A DNA stretch of 55,330 nucleotides from a virus (IMGVR_UViG_3300003267_000247:1-55330), one strand, 5' to 3'; shown: positions 39,840 to 50,023, numbered from the stretch's first letter. The notes: generated by a model not told the origin, from the sequence alone. A program made the numbers and translations.

Positions 39840-40038
39840 TTACTATATTATATTCAACCCGCATACCGCTATGTATGACTTGTACCGCTACGTTTCTGTA
39901 TTACAAGATCCTACATGTATCAACAATGAGCTACAGTTAATGGCAACTGATATTACAGAAGAACTTGTTAGCCGTATTATATATGAACTATCTAGCGATT
40001 ATGGATTTGTTACGACAATGCAGAAATCGTATGGATAA
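39814..40038 (+). CDS. hypothetical protein
   Basis: 74-aa ORF filling the operon gap. Confidence 0.55.
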   Translation: MTKNQLKNSYYIIFNPHTAMYDLYRYVSVLQDPTCINNELQLMATDITEELVSRIIYELSSDYGFVTTMQKSYG

Positions 40039-40210
40039 ACTAGAAAAGCGTATACAATTACTTGAAAAACAAATCGTAGAACTTAACGAAGTAATTCAAT
40101 ATATTCAAACTATACTACATACACATGGAAATGCAATTAGCGGCAAACTATCTGCGGGTGATGCAGAAATGATAATTCGATCTCTTATTAATGAACAAAA
40201 CAAAGAATGA
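40031..40210 (+). CDS. small coiled-coil hypothetical protein (start ATG 40031)
   Basis: ATGA overlap with RNR start. Confidence 0.6.
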   Translation: MDKLEKRIQLLEKQIVELNEVIQYIQTILHTHGNAISGKLSAGDAEMIIRSLINEQNKE

Positions 40211-42321
40211 CATATTTATCAAAACAGTTTCTTGACTCGTATACTGAAAAGGATGTACCTTTTGGCGGTAATGGTTTAGGACATTTTATTTATTTGCGTA
40301 CATATAGCCGTTGGCTAGAAAACGAAAATCGTAGAGAAACATGGCGTGAAACTGCCCAACGTGTAGTAGAATATTCCATGGCATTGTATACCGGACATGC
40401 AGATAAAGAAACGTTGACACATGAAGCAGAGGCACTGTTTGATGCAATGTTTCACTTAAAAATGTTTCCTGCTGGTAGAACATTATGGATCGGCGGTACA
40501 ACAGCAGAAAAACGCTACGGAAGCGCTAACTTTAACTGTAGTTTCGTTGTTATCGATAAACTATCTGCATTAACTGATTTATTTCATTTATTGATGGTTG
40601 GTGCTGGTGTTGGTTTTCGTATTTTGCCGACCGATGTAGCAAAACTACCGAAATTTAATACAAAAATTGTTGTAGCACATAAACCATACAATGGTAAAAC
40701 ACCTGATAATCGCAGAGAAGACACAGTACAATTTGAAGAATCAGAAGGTAAGTTTTCTTCGATACATATTGTTATTGGTGATAGTAAGCAAGGATGGGTA
40801 GATGCGCTGGCAAAATATTTTGCTGCAATGTTACGTACCGATGTAGAGAGCATTATTTTTAATTATGATAGTGTACGCCCTTATGGGGAAGCTCTTAAAA
40901 CCTTTGGCGGTCGTGCTAGCGGTCATCAAGCGCTCAAACGTATGTTCAGAAACATCCATACAACAATCACAGCTACAGCTACGGGTGTGTTACGTCCTGT
41001 GGATGTTTTGGATATTGCAAATCATATTGGTTATAACGTTGTCGTTGGTGGCGTTCGGCGTACTTCTGAAATCGCACTCTTTGATGTAAACGATCGTGAT
41101 GTACTAGATGCAAAGATTGGACTTTGGGAAGTTGGTTCAAAAAACTTTGGACAAGATCAACGATCTATGAGTAATAATAGTATTTTCTTTACTGAAAAAC
41201 CATCACGCGATATCCTTGTTGATATTTTCTATCGCATTAAAGATACTGGTGAGCCGGGATTTGTGAATGCAGAAGCCGCAAGAAAACGTAGACCTAACTT
41301 TCAGGGGTTAAATCCGTGTGCAGAAATACTACTAGATAGCCAAGGTGTATGTAATCTTACAGAAATAAACGTACGTGCGTTTGTAGATAAAAATGGTACA
41401 CTCGATTATACGGGTATTGAACAAGCGGTACGTATGGCGGTACGCGTTGGATTACGGCAAACAAATACAACAATTGATTTGCCAACATGGGATATCATAC
41501 AAAAACGCGATCGATTACTTGGTGTATCGTTAGACGGTGTTATGGATGCTGTTGATGCATTAAATTATACTAACGAAAATTTAGCACATTTATTAAGTCA
41601 TCTACGCAACATCGCGCATCATGAGGCCCGTCAATACGCATACGAGATGCGTGTACCTGAACCATTACTTGTTACCACAATTAAACCAAGTGGTACATTA
41701 AGTAAGTTACCGAGTATTAGCAGTGGCGTACATCGTGCAAGAGCGCCGTACTATGTTCGCCGGGTACGTATTACATCTAGTGATCCGCTTGCACGTGTTA
41801 TGCTTGATGCTGGATATCCAGTGTATCCAGAAAATAACAGTGCAGGCCCAACTGTTGAGCAGTTCGATAAAATGCGCGCACTAGAACAGTGGGAAGTCCT
41901 ACAACAAGCGCAAACATGGGTTATTGAATTTCCAATGCAATCAAGTACAAAAATTGGTGCAAATGATGAATCTGCCGTTGATCAGCTCATGCGGTACTTG
42001 TCCTTTCAAAAGCATTGGACAGACCATAATACCAGTATTACAATTAATTTTACAGTAGATGAGATTGATGCACTGGTTGATGCTATTTTAGAGCATTGGG
42101 ATGATTATATTGCGGTATCTTTCTTGATAAAAGAAACGATGGCATACCCTTTGCTACCAGAAGAACCAATAACCAAGGAAGAATACGAACGGCGCGTTAA
42201 TGATTTACCGCATCACACAGAATCCGATATTATAAATGCATTAACACAATTAGAATCACACAACGGTGCAACAGAGCTACTAGATGCTGATTGTGTAGGC
42301 GGGGCATGTCCAGTACGGTAA
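40207..42321 (+). CDS. nrdJ: class II (adenosylcobalamin-dependent) ribonucleotide reductase, monomeric RTPR type
   Basis: YLRTYSR, PAGRTLW, NCSF, GGVRRTSEI, NPCAEI, CNLTE, TIKPSGT, C-terminal CVGGACPVR; no beta subunit gene. Confidence 0.95.
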   Translation: MTYLSKQFLDSYTEKDVPFGGNGLGHFIYLRTYSRWLENENRRETWRETAQRVVEYSMALYTGHADKETLTHEAEALFDAMFHLKMFPAGRTLWIGGTTAEKRYGSANFNCSFVVIDKLSALTDLFHLLMVGAGVGFRILPTDVAKLPKFNTKIVVAHKPYNGKTPDNRREDTVQFEESEGKFSSIHIVIGDSKQGWVDALAKYFAAMLRTDVESIIFNYDSVRPYGEALKTFGGRASGHQALKRMFRNIHTTITATATGVLRPVDVLDIANHIGYNVVVGGVRRTSEIALFDVNDRDVLDAKIGLWEVGSKNFGQDQRSMSNNSIFFTEKPSRDILVDIFYRIKDTGEPGFVNAEAARKRRPNFQGLNPCAEILLDSQGVCNLTEINVRAFVDKNGTLDYTGIEQAVRMAVRVGLRQTNTTIDLPTWDIIQKRDRLLGVSLDGVMDAVDALNYTNENLAHLLSHLRNIAHHEARQYAYEMRVPEPLLVTTIKPSGTLSKLPSISSGVHRARAPYYVRRVRITSSDPLARVMLDAGYPVYPENNSAGPTVEQFDKMRALEQWEVLQQAQTWVIEFPMQSSTKIGANDESAVDQLMRYLSFQKHWTDHNTSITINFTVDEIDALVDAILEHWDDYIAVSFLIKETMAYPLLPEEPITKEEYERRVNDLPHHTESDIINALTQLESHNGATELLDADCVGGACPVR

Positions 42322-42340
42322 ATTATTTATAAAAACTAAA

Positions 42341-42421
42341 ATGAGTACCGAACTAATTATTATTACGATATTAGTTATAGGTGTCTTTATATGGATCGTT
42401 CTACGAACCTTAGCAGAGTAA
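42341..42421 (+). CDS. possible 26-aa membrane peptide MSTELIIITILVIGVFIWIVLRTLAE
   Basis: Fills the gap after RNR; one hydrophobic helix; no clear SD. Confidence 0.35.
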   Translation: MSTELIIITILVIGVFIWIVLRTLAE

Positions 42422-42451
42422 TTTGCTAAGGTTTTGTAGTTTGAGGAAAAT

Positions 42452-43108
42452 ATGAAAAATACTAGTAAAGAGTTTAAAGAGGTATTTGAGCAATATCGAT
42501 TAAAGTATGAAGTAGATAATTTGCAACAACCAAATGATCTTGCAAACCTTGAAACAATGATTCGTAATCAAATTCTTGTAGGAAAGCTACAAAATAGATT
42601 AGATGAGCTTGTTGATACTGATGAACTAGATCCTGTTGAAATTAAAAAAATTCTCGACAGTCTTGTTGCATTATCGCAAACAAATATTCAATATGAGCGC
42701 ACGCTAGCAATTGATCGAAAGACTCGTAAAGCGCAGCAAGAAGAGTCTGTTGTTGATTATATCACAAAGCTAAAGCAGCTCGCGAAAGAGTTTGTTGATA
42801 ACGATCGTCGTATTCTGAAAGTACATTGTAAAAACTGTAATATCATGGTTGGTCGTATATCTGGCGTCTATGATACAACAGAGTATTTTGCTAGTTTTCA
42901 GTGCCCACAGTGTAAAAAGCAGATTGTTGTGACAAGAAAAGAGCGAGATATCTTTTTTGATGTAAAGGATGCTGATTGGCGACGTAAATACCCAATGGAA
43001 GTTATACAACCAAAACGTATGCGTAGAAAAGATGCACCTGATTTAGATGCTGGCAGTGCAGAGCTTATTATTGGTGATGATGATTTAGGGGTAGAGTATG
43101 GCGATTGA
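42452..43108 (+). CDS. putative terminase small subunit with Zn ribbon
   Basis: Overlaps large terminase start; helical N-terminus, CKNC..CPQC. Confidence 0.55.
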   Translation: MKNTSKEFKEVFEQYRLKYEVDNLQQPNDLANLETMIRNQILVGKLQNRLDELVDTDELDPVEIKKILDSLVALSQTNIQYERTLAIDRKTRKAQQEESVVDYITKLKQLAKEFVDNDRRILKVHCKNCNIMVGRISGVYDTTEYFASFQCPQCKKQIVVTRKERDIFFDVKDADWRRKYPMEVIQPKRMRRKDAPDLDAGSAELIIGDDDLGVEYGD

Positions 43109-45686
43109 AAAGAAGCTAGATGATGAAGATTTGGCACTGTTAGAAATCATTGAAGATCCTATCTGGTTGGGGGAGTTTTTGCGATCAACAGGGGAAGGCG
43201 AAACAGATAAAAGCATGCATTCGCCTGAACCGTGGAAATATCGTGATTATCAAAAACAGTTTCTTACCGATCAATCTGAGTTTATTTTATGTACTGGCGG
43301 TAGAGCAATTGGAAAGTGTCAACCAGGCAGTGCAAAGATACTTACTGATAAAGGTTATCAATCGATTAGTAGCTTATTGCGCGAAGAAACATTTATTGTA
43401 TACACACTTACACCTGATATGACTCTTGAACAACGCAGGGCATTGATTAGTTTTGATAAAGAAGCGCCGGTTTATCGTATTACAACAGAATCATCGTATG
43501 TTGTAGAAGCTACAATGAATCATCCATTTCTCACACCAACTGGTTACACTCCGCTAGAAAATATCAAAGTAGGTGATTATGTTGCAGTAACTACACATAT
43601 ACCACACGAAACACACAGATCAGCATTACAGTGGCATGAGTTGCGCATTATAGGATACTTATTTCTTTTGACCGAGTTTAGAGCGGAATATGAGATAATA
43701 CCGCGTTATAATGCAATGGGTAAAGAGTTAGAACATATTGCAGATAAGTTGTATGTACGCTGGTACAAAGATCGTAAAACAGGGGCATATCGTTTTGTGC
43801 ATCGCCCTGGCCCTTTTCGTCATCCGCTAAACGCACTACTTGATCAAGTTACGCTTTTTAATGCACTCAAAGTAAATGGCGGTATTAGAAAAGTGCCAAC
43901 CCTGATAAAAAATGAGCGTTTACAAAATGTGCAGATCTTTTTAGAAGCAGTATTTGCACAGTTTGGTGAACTATCTCAACATAAAATCGCCCTTGATCTT
44001 AACTGGCCGAAACTCGTTGAAGATATGCGAGAGCTTTTACTACGGTTTGGTATTGAAACACGTATTACAAATAAAGGGAACGGGTATCGACTAGAGACAT
44101 TAGATGATCGTGCTGCGTATCGATTTTGGCGCACCTTTGCATTGCCTGGTGTTGGAGTTGGTAAGTTACGGCTTCCACCTGCTAGTGAAGATGCAACGGA
44201 GTTTATGCGCTACGATCGCGTTGTTTCAATCGAACAAGTTGCAAGTGGCGCGGCAACGTATGCGGTATACGTGTACGACACAAATAACTATATTAGTGAT
44301 CACGTGTTTGTACATAATACTGTTATACTCGAAGACAAAATTATTTACGAAGTTGTGAATAGAGATATAACGTTCCCGATAACACCTGAATCTGTACTTG
44401 TTACACCAAACCAAGCACAAATGACACCACTACTTACGAAAATCATTCTTCGTTTTACCACAAGCAGATTGCTACGCGACTATTTGAATAATAACATTAA
44501 TCGTACTGACGGTACCATGAAGTTTTTCATGAAACAACCTGGCAAGCCAATGATTTTCAACTTTCGTATTGCCGGTAGTCGTGGGGAAAATAATATGGTT
44601 GGTTTGCATATACCACGAATACGTGGTGACGAGATGCAACTATTCACAATGAGTGCATTTACACAGCTATCGCACACTTATAACAGTTGGGAACCACAAA
44701 GACAACAACTATATGCAGGTGTACCAAACGGTTTACGTACAAGCGTATTATACAATCTTGATCTTGATCCACTATACAAAAAGTATCACATTCCTGCACA
44801 TATGAATCCTGTGTATTCATTTGAACGCGATCAACAAAACTTGCGCGATTATGGCGGTGAAGCAGATGATCGATACCAACAGCTAGTACTAGGAAGACAT
44901 GGACAAGCAGCCTTTCAAGTTATCCCGCGCGAGTCAATGACAGTAGAAAACTATCCTTTCTATTCGTATCAGTTTACAAGCATACAGAGTAAAAAAGGAC
45001 AACGTTTTGAAGATCATTTACAGCGTCCAAATCTACCGTCAGAAGTAGACATGTCTGTTATTGCAATCGATCCTGGCTTTGTTGATGCGGCTATTATGCA
45101 AGTTATGGGGCGAACAAAAAACGGGATATGGCGTACATACGTACGTTATCGATTAAAGCGTATTGATTTTAGCCAACAGCAAGATATTATCCATTGGCTT
45201 GCACAACACTACAAGTCTCCCATTATTGCAATAGATATTGGTGCCGGGGGTAATGGTAGTGCCATTATGCACAATCTTATGTATAACCCTACATACGCAG
45301 GGCAACAATATGACAAACGTATGGTTGGTGTACAGTTCTCAGAGTTGGTACTTTCTGGATACGATGATCAAGGGGAAGAACTTTTTCAAGATTCTAAAGG
45401 ATACGCAACAAACGAACTAGCACAAACCATTCAAGACGGAAGATTGATTTTTAGTGAAATCGATCATGAAGCAATGAGCGAGTTAGAACGTGTTGCAAAA
45501 TTACGTACCGCATCAGGGAGAGACAGATACTATGTACTTAGTTCTCGCGGTGCCGGTGCGGATGATGAAGATCATATTTACGCTACGTACGTTGTATGGG
45601 TACTTGCAACACGTATGGGTGTTGTTAATCCAACATTACGAAGACTAGGTAAGCCAAGGGGCTTACATACAAAAATAAAAAACTAA
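43098..45686 (+). CDS. terL: terminase large subunit containing an intein (528 aa after splicing)
   Basis: YRDYQ, Walker A GGRAIGK|T split by intein, Walker B GDEMQ, nuclease AIDPG, IDIGAGG, DEDHI. Confidence 0.92.
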   Translation: MAIEKKLDDEDLALLEIIEDPIWLGEFLRSTGEGETDKSMHSPEPWKYRDYQKQFLTDQSEFILCTGGRAIGKCQPGSAKILTDKGYQSISSLLREETFIVYTLTPDMTLEQRRALISFDKEAPVYRITTESSYVVEATMNHPFLTPTGYTPLENIKVGDYVAVTTHIPHETHRSALQWHELRIIGYLFLLTEFRAEYEIIPRYNAMGKELEHIADKLYVRWYKDRKTGAYRFVHRPGPFRHPLNALLDQVTLFNALKVNGGIRKVPTLIKNERLQNVQIFLEAVFAQFGELSQHKIALDLNWPKLVEDMRELLLRFGIETRITNKGNGYRLETLDDRAAYRFWRTFALPGVGVGKLRLPPASEDATEFMRYDRVVSIEQVASGAATYAVYVYDTNNYISDHVFVHNTVILEDKIIYEVVNRDITFPITPESVLVTPNQAQMTPLLTKIILRFTTSRLLRDYLNNNINRTDGTMKFFMKQPGKPMIFNFRIAGSRGENNMVGLHIPRIRGDEMQLFTMSAFTQLSHTYNSWEPQRQQLYAGVPNGLRTSVLYNLDLDPLYKKYHIPAHMNPVYSFERDQQNLRDYGGEADDRYQQLVLGRHGQAAFQVIPRESMTVENYPFYSYQFTSIQSKKGQRFEDHLQRPNLPSEVDMSVIAIDPGFVDAAIMQVMGRTKNGIWRTYVRYRLKRIDFSQQQDIIHWLAQHYKSPIIAIDIGAGGNGSAIMHNLMYNPTYAGQQYDKRMVGVQFSELVLSGYDDQGEELFQDSKGYATNELAQTIQDGRLIFSEIDHEAMSELERVAKLRTASGRDRYYVLSSRGAGADDEDHIYATYVVWVLATRMGVVNPTLRRLGKPRGLHTKIKN
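43317..44318 (+). mobile_element. intein (334 aa) with degenerate LAGLIDADG domain
   Basis: N-terminal CQPGSAKILT, block B TMNHPFLT, block F/G TYAVYVYDTNNYISDHVFVHN followed by Thr. Confidence 0.93.
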
Positions 45687-45689
45687 ACT

Positions 45690-47252
45690 ATGACAGAAAC
45701 AATACAACGGCTAGGCAAAGCACGCGCCGCTCAAACAGTACCGGCATTTTTACTTAACGGTGATTCATCGGTATTTAACGTACCGTCTACGCGTGCTATT
45801 CCTGGCTATTTTGATCCAACGGCTAATCTTGGTAAATATCATGACATTATTAAGACATGTCGCTGGTTTTATAAATTTGATCCCATTGCGGGTACTGTTA
45901 TTAATCGTATGGCTGATATGGCTGTTACGGTTGTTAAAAATCGCAAGAAAACAAAACTAAACGCCGATCAAGTAGATGAATCTATACAAGCATTCTACGA
46001 TGCGTTACTTATGCAGCTTAGACCGATTATAAAGCAAATAGCTGTAGAGTACTTTCTTCATGGAATGGCAGTACCATCTTATACACTAAGACGTGTGCGC
46101 GGGGATTTACTTTCTGAAAAACTTGGTAGAACGCGTTATACAACTATTGATCAGATTTGGTTACGTAACCCTGATAATCTTGAGTTAAAACGTCGTCCGG
46201 TTGGCACTGATCGTCAAGTATGGTTAAAAATACCAAAAGCAGATATTGAGCTTGTACAAAATAAAGGCGTGCGCAGCGATGGAAGTGAAGATAAAGAAGC
46301 GTATAACTATCTTATAACACACTTTCCTGATTACGTGGCCGCTATTCGTAACGGACGAACAAAGTTCTTACTCGAAGATGCTATTGTGATTATGCGCAAA
46401 GCAAATAGCTTTGAAGACTACCCATCACCGTTCCTTACAAATGCACTCGCAGCGTTACAACATAAAGCATATCTAAAAACACTCGACCGCAGTATTGCAA
46501 GCCGCGCAATTGAAGCAATCAGACACGTAAAAGTAGGTGACAAAGACTTTCCTGCTACAGACGATGATATTACTGCGGTAGAAGAACAGTTACTATCAAA
46601 CAGTAGTACAGGAGAACGTATCTTTAACTTCATTACTAATCATACGATTGACATGTTATGGGTACTTCCACCGTTAGATGTATTGTTGAATGAAGCAAAG
46701 TACGCAGAGCCAAATGCTGATATTTTCCTTGCAATGGGTTTTCCTCGTATTCTTACAACTGGTGAAACGTTGCGCAGTAATAGCAGTGATTCAAAGATCG
46801 CAAGTTTAGGCCCGAAAGCAACGCTAGAAGATATGCGAGAAGCTATTATTGCATGGCTACGAGTTATTTACGCAACTCTTGCAGAAAAGAATAACTTTAA
46901 GCGTTTTCCTGAACCGTACTTTGCACCCATTGCAACAAGTGACTATACAGCACTTGTACAGTTTGCGGTAGACTCAATGTCAGCCGGCGCGATTAGCAAA
47001 GATACGATTGCACAGCTTTATGGTAGTGACTTTGAAACAGAAGCGGGCCAGATTACAACCGAACAAGAGAGTGGTGTCCTTTCACCGTCTGAGTTACAAA
47101 AACAGCGTGATCAGGAGTTTCAAGCACAAGAAACACAAAAAGGGCGTGATTTTGTAGCCGAACAACAAGCAAAGAACGCACAGGAAAATAACAACAAGGA
47201 TAACAAGGATAACAAGAATAGCAATAAGGATAGTAATAAAAATGCAAATTGA
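45690..47252 (+). CDS. portal protein
   Basis: 520 aa directly after terL; FYKFDPIAGTVINRMAD, IFLAMGFP..LTTGE portal-like segments. Confidence 0.8.
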   Translation: MTETIQRLGKARAAQTVPAFLLNGDSSVFNVPSTRAIPGYFDPTANLGKYHDIIKTCRWFYKFDPIAGTVINRMADMAVTVVKNRKKTKLNADQVDESIQAFYDALLMQLRPIIKQIAVEYFLHGMAVPSYTLRRVRGDLLSEKLGRTRYTTIDQIWLRNPDNLELKRRPVGTDRQVWLKIPKADIELVQNKGVRSDGSEDKEAYNYLITHFPDYVAAIRNGRTKFLLEDAIVIMRKANSFEDYPSPFLTNALAALQHKAYLKTLDRSIASRAIEAIRHVKVGDKDFPATDDDITAVEEQLLSNSSTGERIFNFITNHTIDMLWVLPPLDVLLNEAKYAEPNADIFLAMGFPRILTTGETLRSNSSDSKIASLGPKATLEDMREAIIAWLRVIYATLAEKNNFKRFPEPYFAPIATSDYTALVQFAVDSMSAGAISKDTIAQLYGSDFETEAGQITTEQESGVLSPSELQKQRDQEFQAQETQKGRDFVAEQQAKNAQENNNKDNKDNKNSNKDSNKNAN

Positions 47253-48063
47253 TACTGTATCTTTTGATAAGCGAAAAGCTGTTATTTATGATCCTGAACG
47301 TGTTGATAATGGATATCAACCTAGACCGATGGGCAGATTAGCGCCAAAATCTATTATTGTACATACAACAAACGGTCATGCCGGTACATCTTTTTATAGT
47401 GAAGCTCGCTACATTCAACTATCTCGCGCTATTTCTTCACACTATCTTATTGGAAAAGATGGCTCGATTGTGCAGTTTCTTGATCCGCGTTATTACATCG
47501 CGTATCATGCAGGTTGTGTAAAAGCGCAGTTGTGGACGAATAACTTTGCTATCGGTATTGAAATGCATCACACGACAACAGAAGGACATATATCTTCTGC
47601 TATGTTAGCAGCACTGGATGCACTTGTACGCAACCTTATGCGAGACTATTCAATACCAAGTCAAAACATTGATACACATCGTAGTGTTGCGGTATTTTGC
47701 CCTGGTACCATAAACGCTGGTAAACCTGGCAGAAAAATAGATCCGTCTGGTTTTCCAGATCAAGAGTTCTATAACTGGCGATCAACCCTTGTAGCAGCAG
47801 GGCAATATACAACGTATCGTGTTATTAATCCGCGCGGGGTTAATGTACGTCAACAACCTAAAGTAAACATGAACATAGCAGGTGTTTTACTTTACGGTGA
47901 TACATTTGAGTCTGATGTGATCAAGTTAGATGAAAAAGGCGAGACGCATCAAGGTAAAGCAGGTACAAGTAATCAATGGGCGCATATTTATCGTGGTACA
48001 TCAAACGGACAACCCGTTGATCAGCTTGGTTTTGTTAGCCTAAGTAACTTACAACAGATATGA
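47242..48063 (+). CDS. endolysin: N-acetylmuramoyl-L-alanine amidase (Amidase_2) plus SH3-like cell-wall-binding domain
   Basis: IIVHTT, SSHYLIGKDG, AYHAG, IGIEM, THRSV, RKIDP; C-terminal GVNVRQQP..GFVS. Confidence 0.9.
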   Translation: MQIDTVSFDKRKAVIYDPERVDNGYQPRPMGRLAPKSIIVHTTNGHAGTSFYSEARYIQLSRAISSHYLIGKDGSIVQFLDPRYYIAYHAGCVKAQLWTNNFAIGIEMHHTTTEGHISSAMLAALDALVRNLMRDYSIPSQNIDTHRSVAVFCPGTINAGKPGRKIDPSGFPDQEFYNWRSTLVAAGQYTTYRVINPRGVNVRQQPKVNMNIAGVLLYGDTFESDVIKLDEKGETHQGKAGTSNQWAHIYRGTSNGQPVDQLGFVSLSNLQQI

Positions 48064-48437
48064 AATATAGATTTTTTCAACCCATGTCAACTACTATTGA
48101 TATGGAGATTGTTTACTTTATTTGCAATATATGGTGGATGATCGTTTTTATTTCACCCTCTGGTACCTTTGCTGGCGTTGTGTACGACCGTGCTATTCTA
48201 ACACTAGGACAAGACTTACTACTCTTTATCCTTGTACCCCTTATTATTGTTGGCGGTATGGCCTTTTTATATCGTAGCCTAGTAGTTTTTGCATTAAGTA
48301 CAGGGCCAATTGTTTTTATGTATTTTGGACTATTAAGCTTTTCAGGAACAACAATAGGTGTTAATGCGATTCCTTTGTGTATTGTAGCATTAAAAGGTTT
48401 CTATACACTACTTGCATTCACATACCATAGAGAATAA
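48060..48437 (+). CDS. membrane protein (lysis cassette)
   Basis: About four hydrophobic segments. Confidence 0.65.
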   Translation: MKYRFFQPMSTTIDMEIVYFICNIWWMIVFISPSGTFAGVVYDRAILTLGQDLLLFILVPLIIVGGMAFLYRSLVVFALSTGPIVFMYFGLLSFSGTTIGVNAIPLCIVALKGFYTLLAFTYHRE

Positions 48438-48440
48438 ATA

Positions 48441-48833
48441 ATGATTATGGAGCAACAGCCAAAAGATCAACAAAGAGAACATGTATTTATTCGATTTATG
48501 TTCTTTTTACGCAACAGGGATGCAAGGATTGTTGAGCTATTTTTCTTAGCACTAAACGCATACATTCTTGCGCTGATTGTATTTCCACCGTACTCATATA
48601 CTGGTATGGCACTCGTTTGGCGATCTGTTGTACAAGTCCTTGTAACAGGTTTTAATCTTGCCGCACTCATCGGTCAATCAAAAAGTACTCGTATCATAAG
48701 TTCTATCGCAAATGCAGCAATCATGACATTGATTTCTGTATCGTTGATGCGTATGGAGAATGCAAACGCAGGTACGTACGGTTTGCTTGCACTACTTGCG
48801 GCATTCGTTTGCTGGAAAATAAATATACGGTAA
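48441..48833 (+). CDS. membrane protein (lysis cassette)
   Basis: About four hydrophobic segments. Confidence 0.7.
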   Translation: MIMEQQPKDQQREHVFIRFMFFLRNRDARIVELFFLALNAYILALIVFPPYSYTGMALVWRSVVQVLVTGFNLAALIGQSKSTRIISSIANAAIMTLISVSLMRMENANAGTYGLLALLAAFVCWKINIR

Positions 48834-48836
48834 TGT

Positions 48837-49214
48837 ATGCTAAGTACGTATCTACCTATCGTTTCAGCCATTCTTGTAGCAGCCATTACCGCATTTGTAA
48901 ACTATCGAGTTGGATCACTAAAGACCACCGTTGATGTAAAGACACTTGCAAATAATGCAAGCGATGCGCTGCGCGATGATTTACTAGAAGCCATTGATCG
49001 TTACGAGCGAAGAGAGCAGTTTTTAGTAGATCGTATTGAACGTGCTGAAAAAACAAATGAAGCCTTACAAATCACACTATCACAACTAAGAGAAGAGGTT
49101 GCGGCCCTGAGAATAGAAAACCAGGGATTAAAGGTTGAGTTGCAAAAAACACGCACAGAGCTTGCACTTTTTGAGCGCAAGGTTTACTATGTGCCACCTA
49201 CAGAAAATAAATAA
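48837..49214 (+). CDS. membrane-anchored coiled-coil protein
   Basis: N-terminal TM helix then heptad-rich region. Confidence 0.7.
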   Translation: MLSTYLPIVSAILVAAITAFVNYRVGSLKTTVDVKTLANNASDALRDDLLEAIDRYERREQFLVDRIERAEKTNEALQITLSQLREEVAALRIENQGLKVELQKTRTELALFERKVYYVPPTENK

Positions 49215-49230
49215 CATAATAGAGGTATAA

Positions 49231-49650
49231 ATGAATCTATCAATTGATGATGCACAGATTGTACTAACTGCTATTTCAGCGGTTGTTATTCCTTTTGCGG
49301 TAACATGGCTGAAATCAGTAACATGGCCCGATTGGGCAAAGTTTGTACTTGCTGTAGTCCTAAGTCTTGTTGCTGGCGGGTTAACTGCATACGTAACAGG
49401 TCAAATTGTGGCAACAGGTAGCTTGATTCAAACAGGATCAGTTATTTTTACCGCCGCGCAAGTTGTGTACTATGCTGCGTTTCGTGGTCTAGGACTAGAG
49501 CGCGTATTGTTTCCACAATCAGCACTAGCACATGCAGCAGAAGAACAAGCTACAGCAGGTGTAGCAAATGTTACACGCGATCAAGCGCGCGATATCCTTG
49601 ATCCCGCAACGCCACCAACATTAGATGTAACAACAACGGTAAAATCTTAA
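49231..49650 (+). CDS. putative holin
   Basis: 2-3 TM helices, VIPFAVTWLK..WPDWAKFVLAVVLS pattern; GAGG SD. Confidence 0.68.
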   Translation: MNLSIDDAQIVLTAISAVVIPFAVTWLKSVTWPDWAKFVLAVVLSLVAGGLTAYVTGQIVATGSLIQTGSVIFTAAQVVYYAAFRGLGLERVLFPQSALAHAAEEQATAGVANVTRDQARDILDPATPPTLDVTTTVKS

Positions 49651-49694
49651 CCAGATCTTAACAAAGATTTAACTAAGTCTTTACTTTTAGATAC

Positions 49695-49723
49695 TTGACA
49701 ACCGCTCTTAGGCATGATATACT
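49695..49723 (+). promoter_or_regulatory. sigma70-type promoter TTGACA-17-TATACT with extended -10 TG
   Basis: Heads the ncRNA island. Confidence 0.8.
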
Positions 49724-49949
49724 TCGCTCACATCAGTAAATGACTGATGGACAGATACAACCAAACGGAGGAAACATGCCTATGTGTGACTATCGGTAGC
49801 AGCTTTTGAAAAGGGGATTGCCTATTGATTAGTACACGGTTGTAGCTCACGTGATATATGGTAGACAGAATAACGAAAGTGCGGTAGCCATCCTGTGCTG
49901 TCTTAACTACGTTCATGGACATAGGAACGATGCCATATATCACATCTGT

Positions 49950-50023
49950 AGCAGGGGATTCGGCAATCACCAGAGTCTCATAAGCTCAGGCATAAAAGGG
50001 TTCAACTCCCTTCCCTGCCACCA
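49950..50023 (+). tRNA. tRNA-Met(CAT)-like with aberrant D arm
   Basis: Acceptor AGCAGGG/CCCUGCC (1:72 mismatch) + ACCA, loop CUCAUAA, T arm AAGGG-UUCAACU-CCCUU; D region only GAUU-CGGC-AAUC. Confidence 0.7.

Noticed and set aside
47187-47240. AACAAGGAT-type tandem repeat
   Set aside because: Just encodes the low-complexity N/K/D tail of the portal protein
49740-49930. CsrA/RsmA-sponge sRNA (several ANGGA) or hammerhead ribozyme
   Set aside because: Only about three ANGGA with weak stems; no CUGAnGA..GAAA core
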